From an uncultured virus (IMG/VR IMGVR_UViG_3300017655_000263) (lineage: Duplodnaviria > Heunggongvirae > Uroviricota > Caudoviricetes), in IMG/VR virus record IMGVR_UViG_3300017655_000263, positions 1-64,000 of that record: DNA of 64,000 bases, one strand, 5' to 3'. The position numbers and the translations under genes are program-made. Each line of letters begins with the position of its first letter. Positions within the stretch are counted from its first letter, which is position 1. The notes below the pieces were generated by a model. The model was not told where the DNA came from, did no database searches, and saw nothing but the letters and a program-made list of their open reading frames with translations. This document shows positions 28,947 through 40,035 of this stretch, piece by piece.

Positions 28947-29422
28947 GACTGTCCTAACCCTTGATTGGCCATCCAGGTGAGAAATCCAACCATAGTAGGC
29001 TCTTCATTGGCAGGACGCCGGCCGAGGTATCTTACTGTGTCGGGAAATCTCCACTCATCCCGCATACGTCTCTGGATTGATTCGTGATACTCTCGGCGAG
29101 CTGCACGACTATTTTCAATTAGCACTTCTGGGATGGTAGGTATGGGTTCATCCAGATTCCACCACGGGAAACTAAAGCTGCGCTGGGATTCCGTTTCTCG
29201 CTTGATGTGAGAGGAGAGTAGGCGCTCTGCCTCCTCATATGCTATCCGGCAACGCTCCTCCTCGTCCTTCAGCTCCTGTACCCTTTTTGCGTGATCCTCA
29301 TAGAGACTGGTAGCAGCTTCACTGTAGTTTTTCTGCTTCTCACTATTCCGAGCGGCGATTTCATCTATATATCGCTTCCACTCCCCGATCAGCTCTGGTG
29401 AAATCGCTACCTCCAGGGTCAT
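28943..29422 (-). CDS. Hypothetical coiled-coil protein, paralog family A
   Basis: EWKRY...PWW...PTMVGFLTWM. Confidence 0.6.
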   Translation of the reverse strand: MTLEVAISPELIGEWKRYIDEIAARNSEKQKNYSEAATSLYEDHAKRVQELKDEEERCRIAYEEAERLLSSHIKRETESQRSFSFPWWNLDEPIPTIPEVLIENSRAARREYHESIQRRMRDEWRFPDTVRYLGRRPANEEPTMVGFLTWMANQGLGQS

Positions 29423-29748
29423 CCAACCTCCTCAATCGGGCGCTTGAATAGGTACCGACCCGACCTGGCGACGTGGTGTTCGTCGTAGTGGCCCATATAG
29501 GTACGGTTGACAGTCACCCAGCTCATCGATGTGTCGACGTCAGAAATGATTTCCCAACCTTCCACTCCCAATCGTGCAATCAGTCTGCTCAGGACATTGA
29601 TGCCATTTGCTTCAAAGTCGAAGACTGGTCCGAAAGATTCCAGCCCCTCAGGTTCCCGACCGATGAGGAAGTGTGAAAGCTTATATACTGGGTCAAAATT
29701 CTCAATTTCTATTCGCCACTCGATGACGTAGTACTCCCAACGGCTCAT
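29419..29748 (-). CDS. Hypothetical protein (DUF4177-like)
   Basis: RWEY...LARLG.EGWE-type segment and YLFKRP end. Confidence 0.55.
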   Translation of the reverse strand: MSRWEYYVIEWRIEIENFDPVYKLSHFLIGREPEGLESFGPVFDFEANGINVLSRLIARLGVEGWEIISDVDTSMSWVTVNRTYMGHYDEHHVARSGRYLFKRPIEEVG

Positions 29749-30212
29749 TCCCCTCCTTCCGGCTGTGTATCAGCCTTCTGATCTGCCAACCACGTAAGAA
29801 AAGCTTCTACGGTCTTCTCCTCGTATTGTGGTTTGGCTGGAGGGTTTGGCCGGGTCAACTCAGAGTAGAGTGAGCTGATGTTATTAGCTACAGCCAATTT
29901 TTGAGCCCAGTAGTCCTTATACTCCTTCGATTCCGGAGACCTGGGACTATAGATAGGCTTCAGCTTCCACCATGGGAGAGCTTTGTAGGCCCGATACTGC
30001 TCTCGGTATTTGTCATCTAGTTTTCTCTCCTGCTCCCTTTCATCCTCCTCAATCTTGCGCCATTCCTCAACAGCTTGCTTCATCCTCTTTCGAAAGGTCT
30101 TTAATTCCCGTTCGTACTTGCGGGTCAACGCTTCATTTCGCTTATCAACCTCGCCGCAATATTCCGACCAGGCTGGAAGCAATTCCTTTGATAATGTGAG
30201 ATCTAGATTCAC
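29745..30212 (-). CDS. Hypothetical coiled-coil protein, paralog family A
   Basis: AWSEYC...PWW...KTVEAFLTWL. Confidence 0.6.
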   Translation of the reverse strand: MNLDLTLSKELLPAWSEYCGEVDKRNEALTRKYERELKTFRKRMKQAVEEWRKIEEDEREQERKLDDKYREQYRAYKALPWWKLKPIYSPRSPESKEYKDYWAQKLAVANNISSLYSELTRPNPPAKPQYEEKTVEAFLTWLADQKADTQPEGGE

Positions 30213-30541
30213 TCTCCTCCGTTCTGCCCTGCTGGGCTCCCTCTATGAAATCGGTTCAACACCACTGCTCGATTCAGCTTTGAAAGCTTTCTCAACGCAT
30301 CCATACACTGACGCTCACAGTCAGTCATGCGTACATGCTCGAAAACCCAGTCAATATGCTGATCCTCAATATTCTCGTCGTCTAACACCATGTGACAACT
30401 GCCACCATAAGCGCCGTTAGGCTGGTCATACACATCTCGGACAAGAGCAAGGGCCACCATGATGTCCCTCTCTTCCGATAATCTCTGTTCTTCGCTGATT
30501 AGATACATCGTCCTCCATTTCTGCCCTTGTGGGCTATTCAT
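30209..30541 (-). CDS. Conserved phage hypothetical protein
   Basis: GGSCHMVLDDENIED motif; chained by overlapping start/stop codons. Confidence 0.5.
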   Translation of the reverse strand: MNSPQGQKWRTMYLISEEQRLSEERDIMVALALVRDVYDQPNGAYGGSCHMVLDDENIEDQHIDWVFEHVRMTDCERQCMDALRKLSKLNRAVVLNRFHRGSPAGQNGGE

Positions 30542-31064
30542 TCAACCACTTCCAAATTCTCTGCCATACAGACATCTGGATGCTTAAATGCTCAGACATT
30601 TCAGCATCTATATTCCTGGGACGGAACTTCATGCGGCTCAGTTTCTCGGCCTGTGCATACAGTTCCAGGGGCGGAGCAAGGTAGCGTGGGTGTATGAGCC
30701 TGTTATCTTGTTCAAATCGCCGCAAGAAGGCTTCAAAGGGCTTCTGGGTGAGGTCGAAGATGGTCAGGCGGTAGAGTTTGACACCGAATTCATTGCACCG
30801 CTCGATCTTCAGCATGTCATGGCGCTGCTGTTTCTCGAAGGCAGCGAAATCCTTGTGGAAGCGATCTATCGGCCGACCGTGTTGGATTCCGTTTAATTCC
30901 AGCCCTGCTTGTAGGTCTGGGATAAAAATATCGATTTCAAGCGGTTTTCCAGTCTCAGGGTTCTGAAGCCAGTCGGGGCGGTAGCTGTGCCACTGGTGGA
31001 GCTCGGGGTAGTAGTGCTTCATCAGCTCACGGGCGATGCGTTCGGTATTACTGAGTTGACCCAT
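30534..31064 (-). CDS. PD-(D/E)XK-like endonuclease
   Basis: RPDWLQNPETGKPLEIDIFIP...ELNGIQH...D.LK...C pattern. Confidence 0.7.
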   Translation of the reverse strand: MGQLSNTERIARELMKHYYPELHQWHSYRPDWLQNPETGKPLEIDIFIPDLQAGLELNGIQHGRPIDRFHKDFAAFEKQQRHDMLKIERCNEFGVKLYRLTIFDLTQKPFEAFLRRFEQDNRLIHPRYLAPPLELYAQAEKLSRMKFRPRNIDAEMSEHLSIQMSVWQRIWKWLNE

Positions 31065-31443
31065 TGGCCTCCTTGAGTGTCGCGATCAGAAATTCCACAG
31101 TTTTGCCACTGGCCGTCAGTGCCGAAGTTTTGGAGACAAAGACTCCGTTAAAATGTATTACTGCCCGTATAGTCATATATAGAGAGATTGGGATTATATC
31201 TTACTTATACGCCAGTTGATACAATATATCAATAGATAACACACGGTATAAAATCAATCTCCATCTGGAGTAGAAAGTTTTATATCGGACATTGGTTGGG
31301 ATATGCTCCCCAAGAAACGAGGACAAACCCCACAAGGGTATGCATGTAGACGGCTGGAAGCTGTCGAGATAGCCGATGGGTAGGTGAAAGTCGACAAAAG
31401 TAGACTTAGTCGGATCAACGTCAGCACTATACAATAACTTTAC

Positions 31444-32193
31444 TTAGTTGTAGTGAAAACTTACAAACCCTCGTGGCCATCGTATCTGCCCGTTCGTCTT
31501 TACGAAGTTGGTCAGTGCCGCGCTGGTATCACGTCCATCTTCAGCATACGGTTTAGTACGATGGCGCTTTTCTTCAAAGCGTATGCCATTTATATAGAAT
31601 TTGAGTCCTTGAGAACTATAGTCTGACTTAGGATTCCTCCGCCACATCCCTCGATTACTCCAACCCCAATCTTCACTTTTGAATGAAATCAATGGTCTAC
31701 GGATATCGTTAAACCCAATGTCCATCATGCGATTGTCGACACCGCCGCCGTTCCTTATCAAACAACCAGAAGCATCCGCTACACACAAGACTCCAGAACT
31801 GGTGAGTAAGAGTGATTCTCCATGAAACCATCCGAAGAATTCACCCTTTTGAAGTGGCGGTGGATACCCTGCATCCGAGTTTTTCGTACCAAAGAGAGGA
31901 TGCGCTACCCAAACTCTTTCAGCCACTTCGACGTTGCACGCGATCAACCAAAATGCATCACGGTAATTTCCTTTGCCTCCCTTGGGCCACTGGGATTGAA
32001 ACAAAGGCACACCAGACTCCTTGAGTTGGCGAGCACATTTTTCTGAATAGTTGTTGAGGCGACGTTCCCATTCTTCAGTGGGTGGCGCCACAACAGGATC
32101 CCTCCACGTCGCAAAATTAGTCTCTGATATAGAGACATCCGCCTTGTCTTGGTTACTCTGCTTGCCTCTGAAGAAATCAAGTAATCCCACCAT
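31444..32193 (-). CDS. Hypothetical protein
   Basis: 249-aa ORF with SD GAGGAG; MGLLDFF-type start. Confidence 0.55.
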   Translation of the reverse strand: MVGLLDFFRGKQSNQDKADVSISETNFATWRDPVVAPPTEEWERRLNNYSEKCARQLKESGVPLFQSQWPKGGKGNYRDAFWLIACNVEVAERVWVAHPLFGTKNSDAGYPPPLQKGEFFGWFHGESLLLTSSGVLCVADASGCLIRNGGGVDNRMMDIGFNDIRRPLISFKSEDWGWSNRGMWRRNPKSDYSSQGLKFYINGIRFEEKRHRTKPYAEDGRDTSAALTNFVKTNGQIRWPRGFVSFHYN

Positions 32194-32626
32194 GAACTCC
32201 TCTCACACTAACCAATTATTGATGAGGCCCAACTCTTTCGCTGAGACTTACGAAAATGACATCATTGTGTCGGAAGTTCAGTCATAGCGGTATTAGCCAA
32301 TTACCCAGATCCCAACCACTGCTGGGGTATACGAGGGTAACGTCAACCCAGGTTCACGCCCAGCAGACACAAGCCCCTAATCATATTAAAGCTGATTAAG
32401 TATAGCGATCATCCTTGTGACTGATTCCCCACTATCCCCTGTCCAATAATTGTCCTAATGGACGTATCGGATCTCTTCCAAATTATAAACCCCGTAGTTG
32501 CATGACATAATAGACTACGTCCGAGGAATCTGATACCACCTCAAGGCGTTTTGACACGACTCTACATCTCCTGCTAGAATGCGTCTGTTCGACTTCTGAA
32601 TTGCGAATATAAAAGGAGCTTCACAG

Positions 32627-32812
32627 ATGTGGACATGTGATCGCTGCGGGACCTCCAACTCTGACGACAGATACCAGTGCTCCAAGTGCAAAAACTTCAA
32701 TGCCACAGCCCCTGAGGCGCACATTCGGTGGCTTGACTGGACCTGCTCCAAGTGCGGCACCGACAACGGCGGTGCTTTCGAGAAATGCCGCAAGTGCGAA
32801 GCGAAGCGCTAA
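32627..32812 (+). CDS. Tandem RanBP2-type zinc-finger protein
   Basis: WTCDRCGTSN......CSKC and WTCSKCGTDN......CRKC; SD AAGGAG. Confidence 0.75.
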   Translation: MWTCDRCGTSNSDDRYQCSKCKNFNATAPEAHIRWLDWTCSKCGTDNGGAFEKCRKCEAKR

Positions 32813-33190
32813 ATCACCAGTACTCTAATCAATCACTCAAAACCCGACTTCGGCCAGCTTTCCTTTTGGCGTATAGGCCAACTTCAGAGAGTCGGTTAGG
32901 TTGGGTGACTTGCCCAGCCTCATCTTCACTGCCTTCGTCTCCCCAATCTTTGATCGTGCCATTCGAGATTGGTCAGCCTCTGAATAAACTCATTATCGTC
33001 TAACCCAACGTGCGCAATTACGTCGCTATCACGCTAGTCCCACAGGTGCATCCAATATTTACCAAACAACCGGTTGGCTCGGTCTATACGCTTGCAGTAC
33101 TCAGGATCTTCCCACTTTGACCAGTCGTCCTCGATATAGCGATCCCAGCGAACCTCGGGGAAGAGGTTGAGGTATCGCTCAAGGGCTTCG

Positions 33191-33562
33191 TTACTTGGTC
33201 GCATCGGCCTCCTTCTGCGTACCCAGCCATTCGATGAACCCTTCTGTCGACGGATATAGTCTGGGCGGGAATGAGCGGAGTGCCCAGGAGGACATGAATG
33301 ACTCTACAGATCTAAGCTCTATCTCAGGCTGCAGAAGACGGCCCAAGAGTGTCTGGAGACGCTCTTCATGCAAGGTCCTCGCCCATTCGTTATATTCCTC
33401 GGCCTTTTTCTCAGCCTCGAGCCTATCCTCCCTTTTATTCTTCTCCCATTTGGCGATGAGCGCCTTCTCTTCAGATTTAACATCGGCGCAATACTTCGAC
33501 CATTCGACAGAGAACTCTTTGATCTCGTCCATGCTGTGGAAGTGGGATAGGTCAAACTCCAT
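33191..33562 (-). CDS. Hypothetical coiled-coil protein, paralog family A
   Basis: IKEFSVEWSKY...PSTEGFIEWLG. Confidence 0.6.
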   Translation of the reverse strand: MEFDLSHFHSMDEIKEFSVEWSKYCADVKSEEKALIAKWEKNKREDRLEAEKKAEEYNEWARTLHEERLQTLLGRLLQPEIELRSVESFMSSWALRSFPPRLYPSTEGFIEWLGTQKEADATK

Positions 33563-34288
33563 TTGCCTCCTTCATCCACACATCAACACTCTTCCCCGTA
33601 TCGTGAACCTTTTCGACAGAGGAGAAGGGGAAGGATTTGCTGCCAATCCTCACGATGTTACTGAAGATATCGATATCAACTGGAGTTCCGGCTGGGAATT
33701 GGATTCTGCGCTGGAGGTCAAAGTGTCGTCGAAGGAGGATAAACACCATCTCGATCAACAGGATTGTTCCGACCAAAGCCCAAATGGACACCCAGTTACC
33801 GTTGAGAGAGAAGTAGAAAGCTCCCAAAAGAAGACCTGGGATGTAGTAGAAGATGACAGGATTCATCGCCCGTTCCCCCCTTGCTCTTCCTTGTATTCAG
33901 GGGATTTGATGACGGGGTAAGCAACGGCCGGCTCAATCTCATCTATCTCGAGATTAGGGACGCCGCGGATGATACCGCCGGTAGCGAGGGGCTCATCGTT
34001 GTCAGGCAGGTGAAATGTGTCCTTCAGCTGGCTCACGAACTCGACACACCGTTTGGCATACTGTTCCTCAGTTCCACCCTCAACTGGCCATGGAATGGCT
34101 TTCATGCTTCCGAAGATGAAGCCGTAGGGGCTGAGGTTGCGGATCTGTTGCCAGACGCGGATGTCAGGTTCTGTTTTTAGTTTCTCTATAAGGGTTTCTC
34201 TATTCACCGGCCTCCTTGGTAATAACTCCCTTATACGCTGTTACCATTGGTAAGTCAATAGACCAAATTGAACTTTTGAGGGGTAGAC

Positions 34289-34318
34289 AAAAGCCCCCAG
34301 ACATGAGATCCGGGGGCT
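34289..34318 (-). terminator. Intrinsic terminator just upstream of a cassette promoter
   Basis: AGCCCCCGGA...UCUGGGGGCU stem followed by U residues on the minus strand. Confidence 0.65.
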
Positions 34319-34892
34319 GAAGAGGGTGATGAAGATCAACTCTATGGCTGGAGTTCATCTTCATCGTAGGTCATGAAGCTCGCCACCTCCTTGGCCCGTT
34401 GCCGTGCCTTCTCCCAGTCTATATTCACGTTGTCTGCCAATTGAGGCAGTAGTATATCCAATTCCGTTGAGTTAGACATCACGCCGTGACGTCGTTGCAT
34501 CAGTTCGTCGCATTGGTTGTGGACGATGTACATGTCAGAGAAGGATCCAGGTTCGCAGTTCTCATCCTTCCAGATGCAATTAACACCATCGGAATCCACG
34601 ATTCTCTTACCACAGTAGTCACACACGACCACCGGGCCAGCTCCATCCTCTGTCGTCATCATCATGATTGGCACTCTAGACTCCTGTTCGCTAGAAATGA
34701 TTGCGCCGCGTGAACAGTCTAGCAGTCACTCTATCCGACACAAAGCCAGTAGATCTGGAGCTGCCTAAGCTCTCATCGTCCGACCCTAGTAGTAGTGTGT
34801 CATGCCCGTCGACCGATAGCAGCAGCCGGTAATAGCTGTGGTCTCCGATGACTCAGACAGGTATTCGCGGATGGAGAGGCGGAAGGTGACTG

Positions 34893-35258
34893 TTATAGCT
34901 CTCCCCGTTGTTTCTTGCCGAGCCACCAGATAAAGCCCTCCATGGTGGGCTGACTGTATGTCCTTGGGATGACATCTCCCACAAATCGCGGCTGCCTAAA
35001 GCTATTCACTGATCGAGCTGAAGGAGCAGAAGAGAAGACTTTGACCCACCACGGAGAGTCCTCCCACGATCTAAGTGTTTGCTGGTTCCACTCATCAGCC
35101 CGCTGATTTGCTTCAGCCCAGTCTCTGGACCGTTCTTTTTCCCAGTCTTCTCTCCTCGATTCGGAATCTGTTTCCAAATAGTCCAGGAATTCCGCCCACT
35201 CGAGCGCAAATTCCTTGATGTCATTCATATTCTTTAACTGCGCAGGGTTAATCTCCAT
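34893..35258 (-). CDS. Hypothetical coiled-coil protein, paralog family A
   Basis: IKEFALEWAEF...PWW...PTMEGFIWWLG. Confidence 0.6.
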   Translation of the reverse strand: MEINPAQLKNMNDIKEFALEWAEFLDYLETDSESRREDWEKERSRDWAEANQRADEWNQQTLRSWEDSPWWVKVFSSAPSARSVNSFRQPRFVGDVIPRTYSQPTMEGFIWWLGKKQRGEL

Positions 35259-36379
35259 TGTCCTCCAATTCCGTAATAAGAGCCTGGTAAGCGTGTTTGA
35301 CGCCAGTGTTGTACCCAGTGATGTAGTTCGCTTCCTCGGCCGTGGTCTTGTTCCCAGTCGACTTCATCAATAGTCCGATCTTTTCGTGTCCCCACTCAGA
35401 TAGGGCGTGCCGGATAGAGAGTTCTCTGGCACCGCTGGTGTCATCAGCGATGTCTAGGAGTTGGTCGATGATGCCGTAGCTTGCTGCCTGATGAGGTTTG
35501 GTTCGCGTGCCATCGCGATCGATCACAACCGGTTCGTTAGCAGAGTCAGGGGTAGTCTCAGCCTTGTAGAGGTAGTAGTCATCGCCAGTAAACCGGCCGA
35601 CCCGAGCGAAAGGCTGTTTGACCTCAGACTGGAAGCCACACTTAGAACAGCGCCAATAGCCTGGATCTAGTTCTGGATTCAGCGCGCCACTCCCGATGAA
35701 CTCGAATTTAGCACCGCAGCATTGAGAGATGGGCTCGACACCTCTATTTGCCATCAGCCTCCATTCCTAGCTCCCGCTTGAGAGACGATCTTACATCCCT
35801 GATAGCCTTGTTCCTGATGTCCTGAGCCCAGCAGTGGTCGCAGTAGTTCCTGGTCGGGTGGCTGTGCTCTCGGGTCTCTTGGAGTTCGGGGAGGGAGAGG
35901 AGATGGTCGAGGAGGTCTTGCGAGGCTTGGATGGATAGGCGACCTACCTGACTCACCACCATCTCTGGGCTGCCAGTCATTGAGAAGGCTCCGAGTATGC
36001 CTAGCCCTTTTAGGATTGCTTCAACTTGTTCGGTCATTCGCCTCCTGGGTGTCAGATTGAGCTTGGAGTTCGGACAAGGGGACTATGTATGTCCCATTTT
36101 TGAGAAACGGATCCACAGTTTCTGGCCACTGGTCGCCAAAGAGTGATTTCCATTCAACTCTGATCCTGTCGGATGTCGCTTTTCCGAGTTCGTAATAGCT
36201 GCCAGTCCAAAGCCGGTCGAGGATCTTCGCTGCCCCACGTAGCTCAGCCACCTCTTCGCGCGCAGTCATCATTTTCTTCAATGCCTCATGAGCGTAGTCG
36301 TAGGCTCGCTGCCGCGCCTTGGTGTCGGTTTGATCGCGCATGCGCTCGAACGTGGCGAGTATTCGTTCAATCTCTTGGT

Positions 36380-36793
36380 TCATTTGCCTCCTATGAGTTC
36401 TGGGTGCTGATGGACGTTGCCGAGAACGACATAGGTGTTTGGATCGTGAGTGGAAACGTTGAATCCAGTGCCCACCTCGAAGTCTCCATCTTCACCGCCC
36501 TCAAATAAGGTTCCCCAGGACACAACGAACGTATAGCCATACTTCTTGTTACCGGTTCGCACGATGTCGCCGTCGTAGATATCAGTGCCCTCGACTGCCC
36601 TCAACCCCGTCCACTGCATTAGCACAGCCCCGTCCGGTTCAATCTCCGACCGGATCGGCACCAATACATCGTTCCCTGGCTCGTCGTATAGATGCTGATG
36701 GCTGAGATACACCGTCTGGTTCATCGGGTTCACGGCGAAGACGTCGAGCATGCGGCCGTGGTAGAAGGCACGGAAGCGGATGGGGCTAGACAT
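36380..36793 (-). CDS. YopX-family protein
   Basis: IRFRA...LMQWTGL...G.DIYDGDIV...VLGNVHQHPELI. Confidence 0.85.
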   Translation of the reverse strand: MSSPIRFRAFYHGRMLDVFAVNPMNQTVYLSHQHLYDEPGNDVLVPIRSEIEPDGAVLMQWTGLRAVEGTDIYDGDIVRTGNKKYGYTFVVSWGTLFEGGEDGDFEVGTGFNVSTHDPNTYVVLGNVHQHPELIGGK

Positions 36794-37657
36794 TGATAGG
36801 CCCCCACTCGATTTCTAGACTGTTCGCAACTGACTGGTAATCAGAATCCTGCCAGCCAGATAGGGGTTTACCGTGGCCAGTGAGTACGTTGACCAGCTTG
36901 TCGTCAACGATCTCGCCAATCAGGAAGTCGTCATGCTCGAGGTATTCCCAAGCGGATTTATAGGCCTCTTCAGGTGTGTTGAAGTCATTGTCGACGTCAA
37001 GTAGCGTGAAATCGTAGCCTGTGCGGAAGCCATCATCTGTGTTGCCATAGACGCCAGCCTTGATGACCCTAAACATCGGCCTCCTCAAATAAATGAGAGG
37101 TTAGATTGTCTAGGTCCCATTTGTACTGGACTTCCTTATATCGCAGGGATCCATCCTGGGTCCATGTCACAAGCCATCCATATTCGGATCGACGGAAGAT
37201 GATGTTGTCGATTATTGGTTTTGTCACGCTCCTCCTTCCGCCCGTAGGCGTGTAGTCAAACTAGCTGGGGCAGACATTTGCACCCGCTTGGTTCATTTAT
37301 ATGCACCTTTTGATGATAGAGATATCATACACTTGGTTTTATAATATGTCAATATACTTAACCCTGGCCATGTGATCTAGAGGCTATCCACCGCCCCTGT
37401 AGCACATGCTTGGGAGTAGTCTGAAGGCTCGTCAGATGGAGAGGGGGAATATGCCCTTCCAGGACTCTGCACGAGGTGGCATATTGAGGGGAAGACTTCA
37501 CCCCTCCTCCCCTTCAAGCTGGGGGACGATCGGGAGGGAGGGAGTGGAGTCGACACGTGGAGCGTGTCCACCAATGAAATTGGTGATGTCCCTACGATAT
37601 TCACCAATGAGCATAAATAACAGAGAGGTTTTCTACAGACTTCTCTTTGGTGGAAAG

Positions 37658-38492
37658 ATGATAGGGGCGGGTGTGAAGGACGTTTCAACTTTTGAGAATC
37701 GTGAGATTGGTGCCTTCTTACGACAACAGCGCATGAATACCAAGGCCCCTGATTTCTACAAATCCAACCGTAAGAGGCATCGCCCCTACCTCACTCAGCA
37801 GGAGCTGGCGGACAAGGCTGAAGTCTCAGTCATGCTGGTTGGCCAGGTCGAAGCGGGGCGGTATCAGAATATCAATGCTCCCATCCTGCGCCGGCTATGC
37901 CAGGCACTCGAGCTATCCGATGACATTGAGAACTACGTGATCAACCTCCTGGAGCCCCCCTACAGAGACGCCTGTTGAGCTTTACCCTGAAGTTCCAGCG
38001 TTCATCCGCGCTATCGTCGATCAAGCAGAAACAAATCCCGCGGTTATCATCACGCCACGATTCGACGTCATCTATTGGAACGACGCGATGTCCAGGATGA
38101 TGGGGGACTTCTCACTCCTTCCATTAGAGATACGCAACGTCACAGTCTCTATGTTCGCCATTCCACAGATGCGAACGATGTGGGTAGATTGGGAAAGGAA
38201 TGCCCGGAATCTCCTGGGAGGAGTGCGCATGATGATTAGCAATACACCATCCCACCGGCGGGTAATTCAGGACCTCGTTGAGGACTTACAGAAGAAGTTC
38301 CCGGAGTTCGCCAAGATGTGGCCGACGGCACTCCCGGAAATGAAGAGGATTCAAGAGAAGGATTTTATCCACCCGACGGCAGGACCCCTGCAGCTGTATG
38401 AGACTGTCAGCCAGGTGATAGGAACCCAATTCACGATTATCCAGATCACGGCACGGAACAAGGCGACAGAGGAAGCCATGCAGCGGATGTAG
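37658..38492 (+). pseudogene. XRE-HTH / MmyB-like ligand-binding regulator split by a frameshift
   Basis: EIGAFLRQQR...LTQQELA...VEAGR HTH; removing one C from C6 at 37955-37960 joins it in frame to PAVIITPRFDVIYWN...HPTAGPL. Confidence 0.75.
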
Positions 38493-38497
38493 GCATC

Positions 38498-38526
38498 AAA
38501 AGCCCCGGGGGCATTACTCTGGGGCT
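38498..38526. terminator. Hairpin terminator between convergent genes
   Basis: AGCCCCGGGG...CTCTGGGGCT stem with an A-tract on the left. Confidence 0.6.
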
Positions 38527-38549
38527 GGTCATGGCTAAGTCAGGTTGGT

Positions 38550-39056
38550 CTAATCTATTATAATTGTCTTCATTATAACCCTGTCCTGATTTCTAGACAG
38601 AATAGGAGAGAATTCACCGTGGAGGTGTATAGATGCTGAGCGATAGGACTCAGCTGCAAGTTCTACTGTCTCAAATTCTCCAAGAAATTTTTTCTTACTA
38701 TTAGACCTAATTTCAGCACGCCACTTGGCTCTCCTTTTATCAAAAGACACACCACGCTCTCCCGATGTATTGTTCTTATTGATACCTCTATTTACAACAT
38801 TGCCACTTGCACTTGCTATTCTTAAATTACACCTTCTATTATCTATCTTATCACCGTTTATATGATCTACTATTTGTCCATCATCCGCATTGAGTATGAA
38901 CCTATGCATCTTTCTCGCACCCACAGGAGATCTTTCAGCGTATCCATCTTCGGTAAGGTGCCATCGAAATAGTCTCAGATATGTATAATCAATATCATCG
39001 ACTATCGTGTATCGTCCTCGTCCGTATTTTCCAGTTAGTGCTATAAGTTGAGACAT
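38550..39056 (-). CDS. HNH homing-type endonuclease with AP2 domain
   Basis: MHRFIL...VDHINGDKIDNRRCNLR; NTSG.RGVS......WRAEI...LG.F. Confidence 0.9.
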   Translation of the reverse strand: MSQLIALTGKYGRGRYTIVDDIDYTYLRLFRWHLTEDGYAERSPVGARKMHRFILNADDGQIVDHINGDKIDNRRCNLRIASASGNVVNRGINKNNTSGERGVSFDKRRAKWRAEIRSNSKKKFLGEFETVELAAESYRSASIHLHGEFSPILSRNQDRVIMKTIIID

Positions 39057-39446
39057 ATATCATAGTATAACTGTCTTGTATAGTTATGTCAACAATGCCG
39101 TTACATTCCCGCAGTGGGTGGCTGAGAGTTATCACTGTTGTGAGGCCGATTCTATCGCATGACGCAGGATAGAGAGATATGAGAGGGCTGAGCAGAGGCT
39201 TCAGGCTATGGCGTGACCCGCTAGCGTTTTCCCTTTTGAAGCATGTTGAAGTTGCGCTTCTCAGTGACTTGAGCGAGGTGGCCACAGACGGAACAGCGGG
39301 TTCTCAAGTCTGGGCTTTCATCGGATCCCATCCCTATCCAGCGAATGTTTTTGGTATGGACTGACTGCTGGCCGAAGTGTTCGCCACATTCCCGGCAAAC
39401 CCAGTAGGCGGATGAGAGTTTGGTGGGGGTGATGTTTTGAAGTTTC

Positions 39447-39833
39447 TTAGAGAGTTCCATGGGTGGGGTTTAGGAGTTCGGGGTTCTGGTGTATATCGCC
39501 GATGACGGTATAGCTCTCCATTCCAAAGCTATTTTGACTCAGCTCCAGATAGATACGACGATCTAGGTCTGTGCAGAATGAGCCATCTCTAAAGAAGACC
39601 TCTGACGGTGAGTAGAGAGTGTGCTCGACGACATCCGACTCGTAGATCATTCTCTTGGTCGAATCCACAAGCCCTGTGTACTGCTCACGAATGAGCCCGG
39701 GAAGTGTAAAAACCCCGATCATCCAGTGAGAGCCCTCGATTCGGTATCTCCATTGGCCGTCGATCAACGCCTCATAGCCAATAACTTCATGACTGGCAAG
39801 TTCTCTGACTCTATATTTTATTGGTCTGGTCAT
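39447..39833 (-). CDS. YopX-family protein
   Basis: IKYR...EQYTGLVD....IYESDVV...VIGDIHQNPELL. Confidence 0.85.
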   Translation of the reverse strand: MTRPIKYRVRELASHEVIGYEALIDGQWRYRIEGSHWMIGVFTLPGLIREQYTGLVDSTKRMIYESDVVEHTLYSPSEVFFRDGSFCTDLDRRIYLELSQNSFGMESYTVIGDIHQNPELLNPTHGTL

Positions 39834-40035
39834 TCGCCTCTTTTCTCGCAGCCTTGGATGCTGCGCTCATCTTGCCTAGATCTCGGAATCCCTGTCTGCC
39901 GTACTTCTCCAACCAGGCGGTGCCACCCTTGGTCCCGATCCTGGAGAAGTGTTCATAGCCATGCCTCTCGGCCGTGACTTTGCCGCCCAGGCAGCCGATA
40001 CGCCGGCAAAGGTCTGCTCTCTCTTCTTTGGTCAT
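39811..40035 (-). CDS. KGG-repeat-like small protein
   Basis: IGCLGG.....HG.EHFSRIGTKGG repeats. Confidence 0.6.
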   Translation of the reverse strand: MTKEERADLCRRIGCLGGKVTAERHGYEHFSRIGTKGGTAWLEKYGRQGFRDLGKMSAASKAARKEANDQTNKI

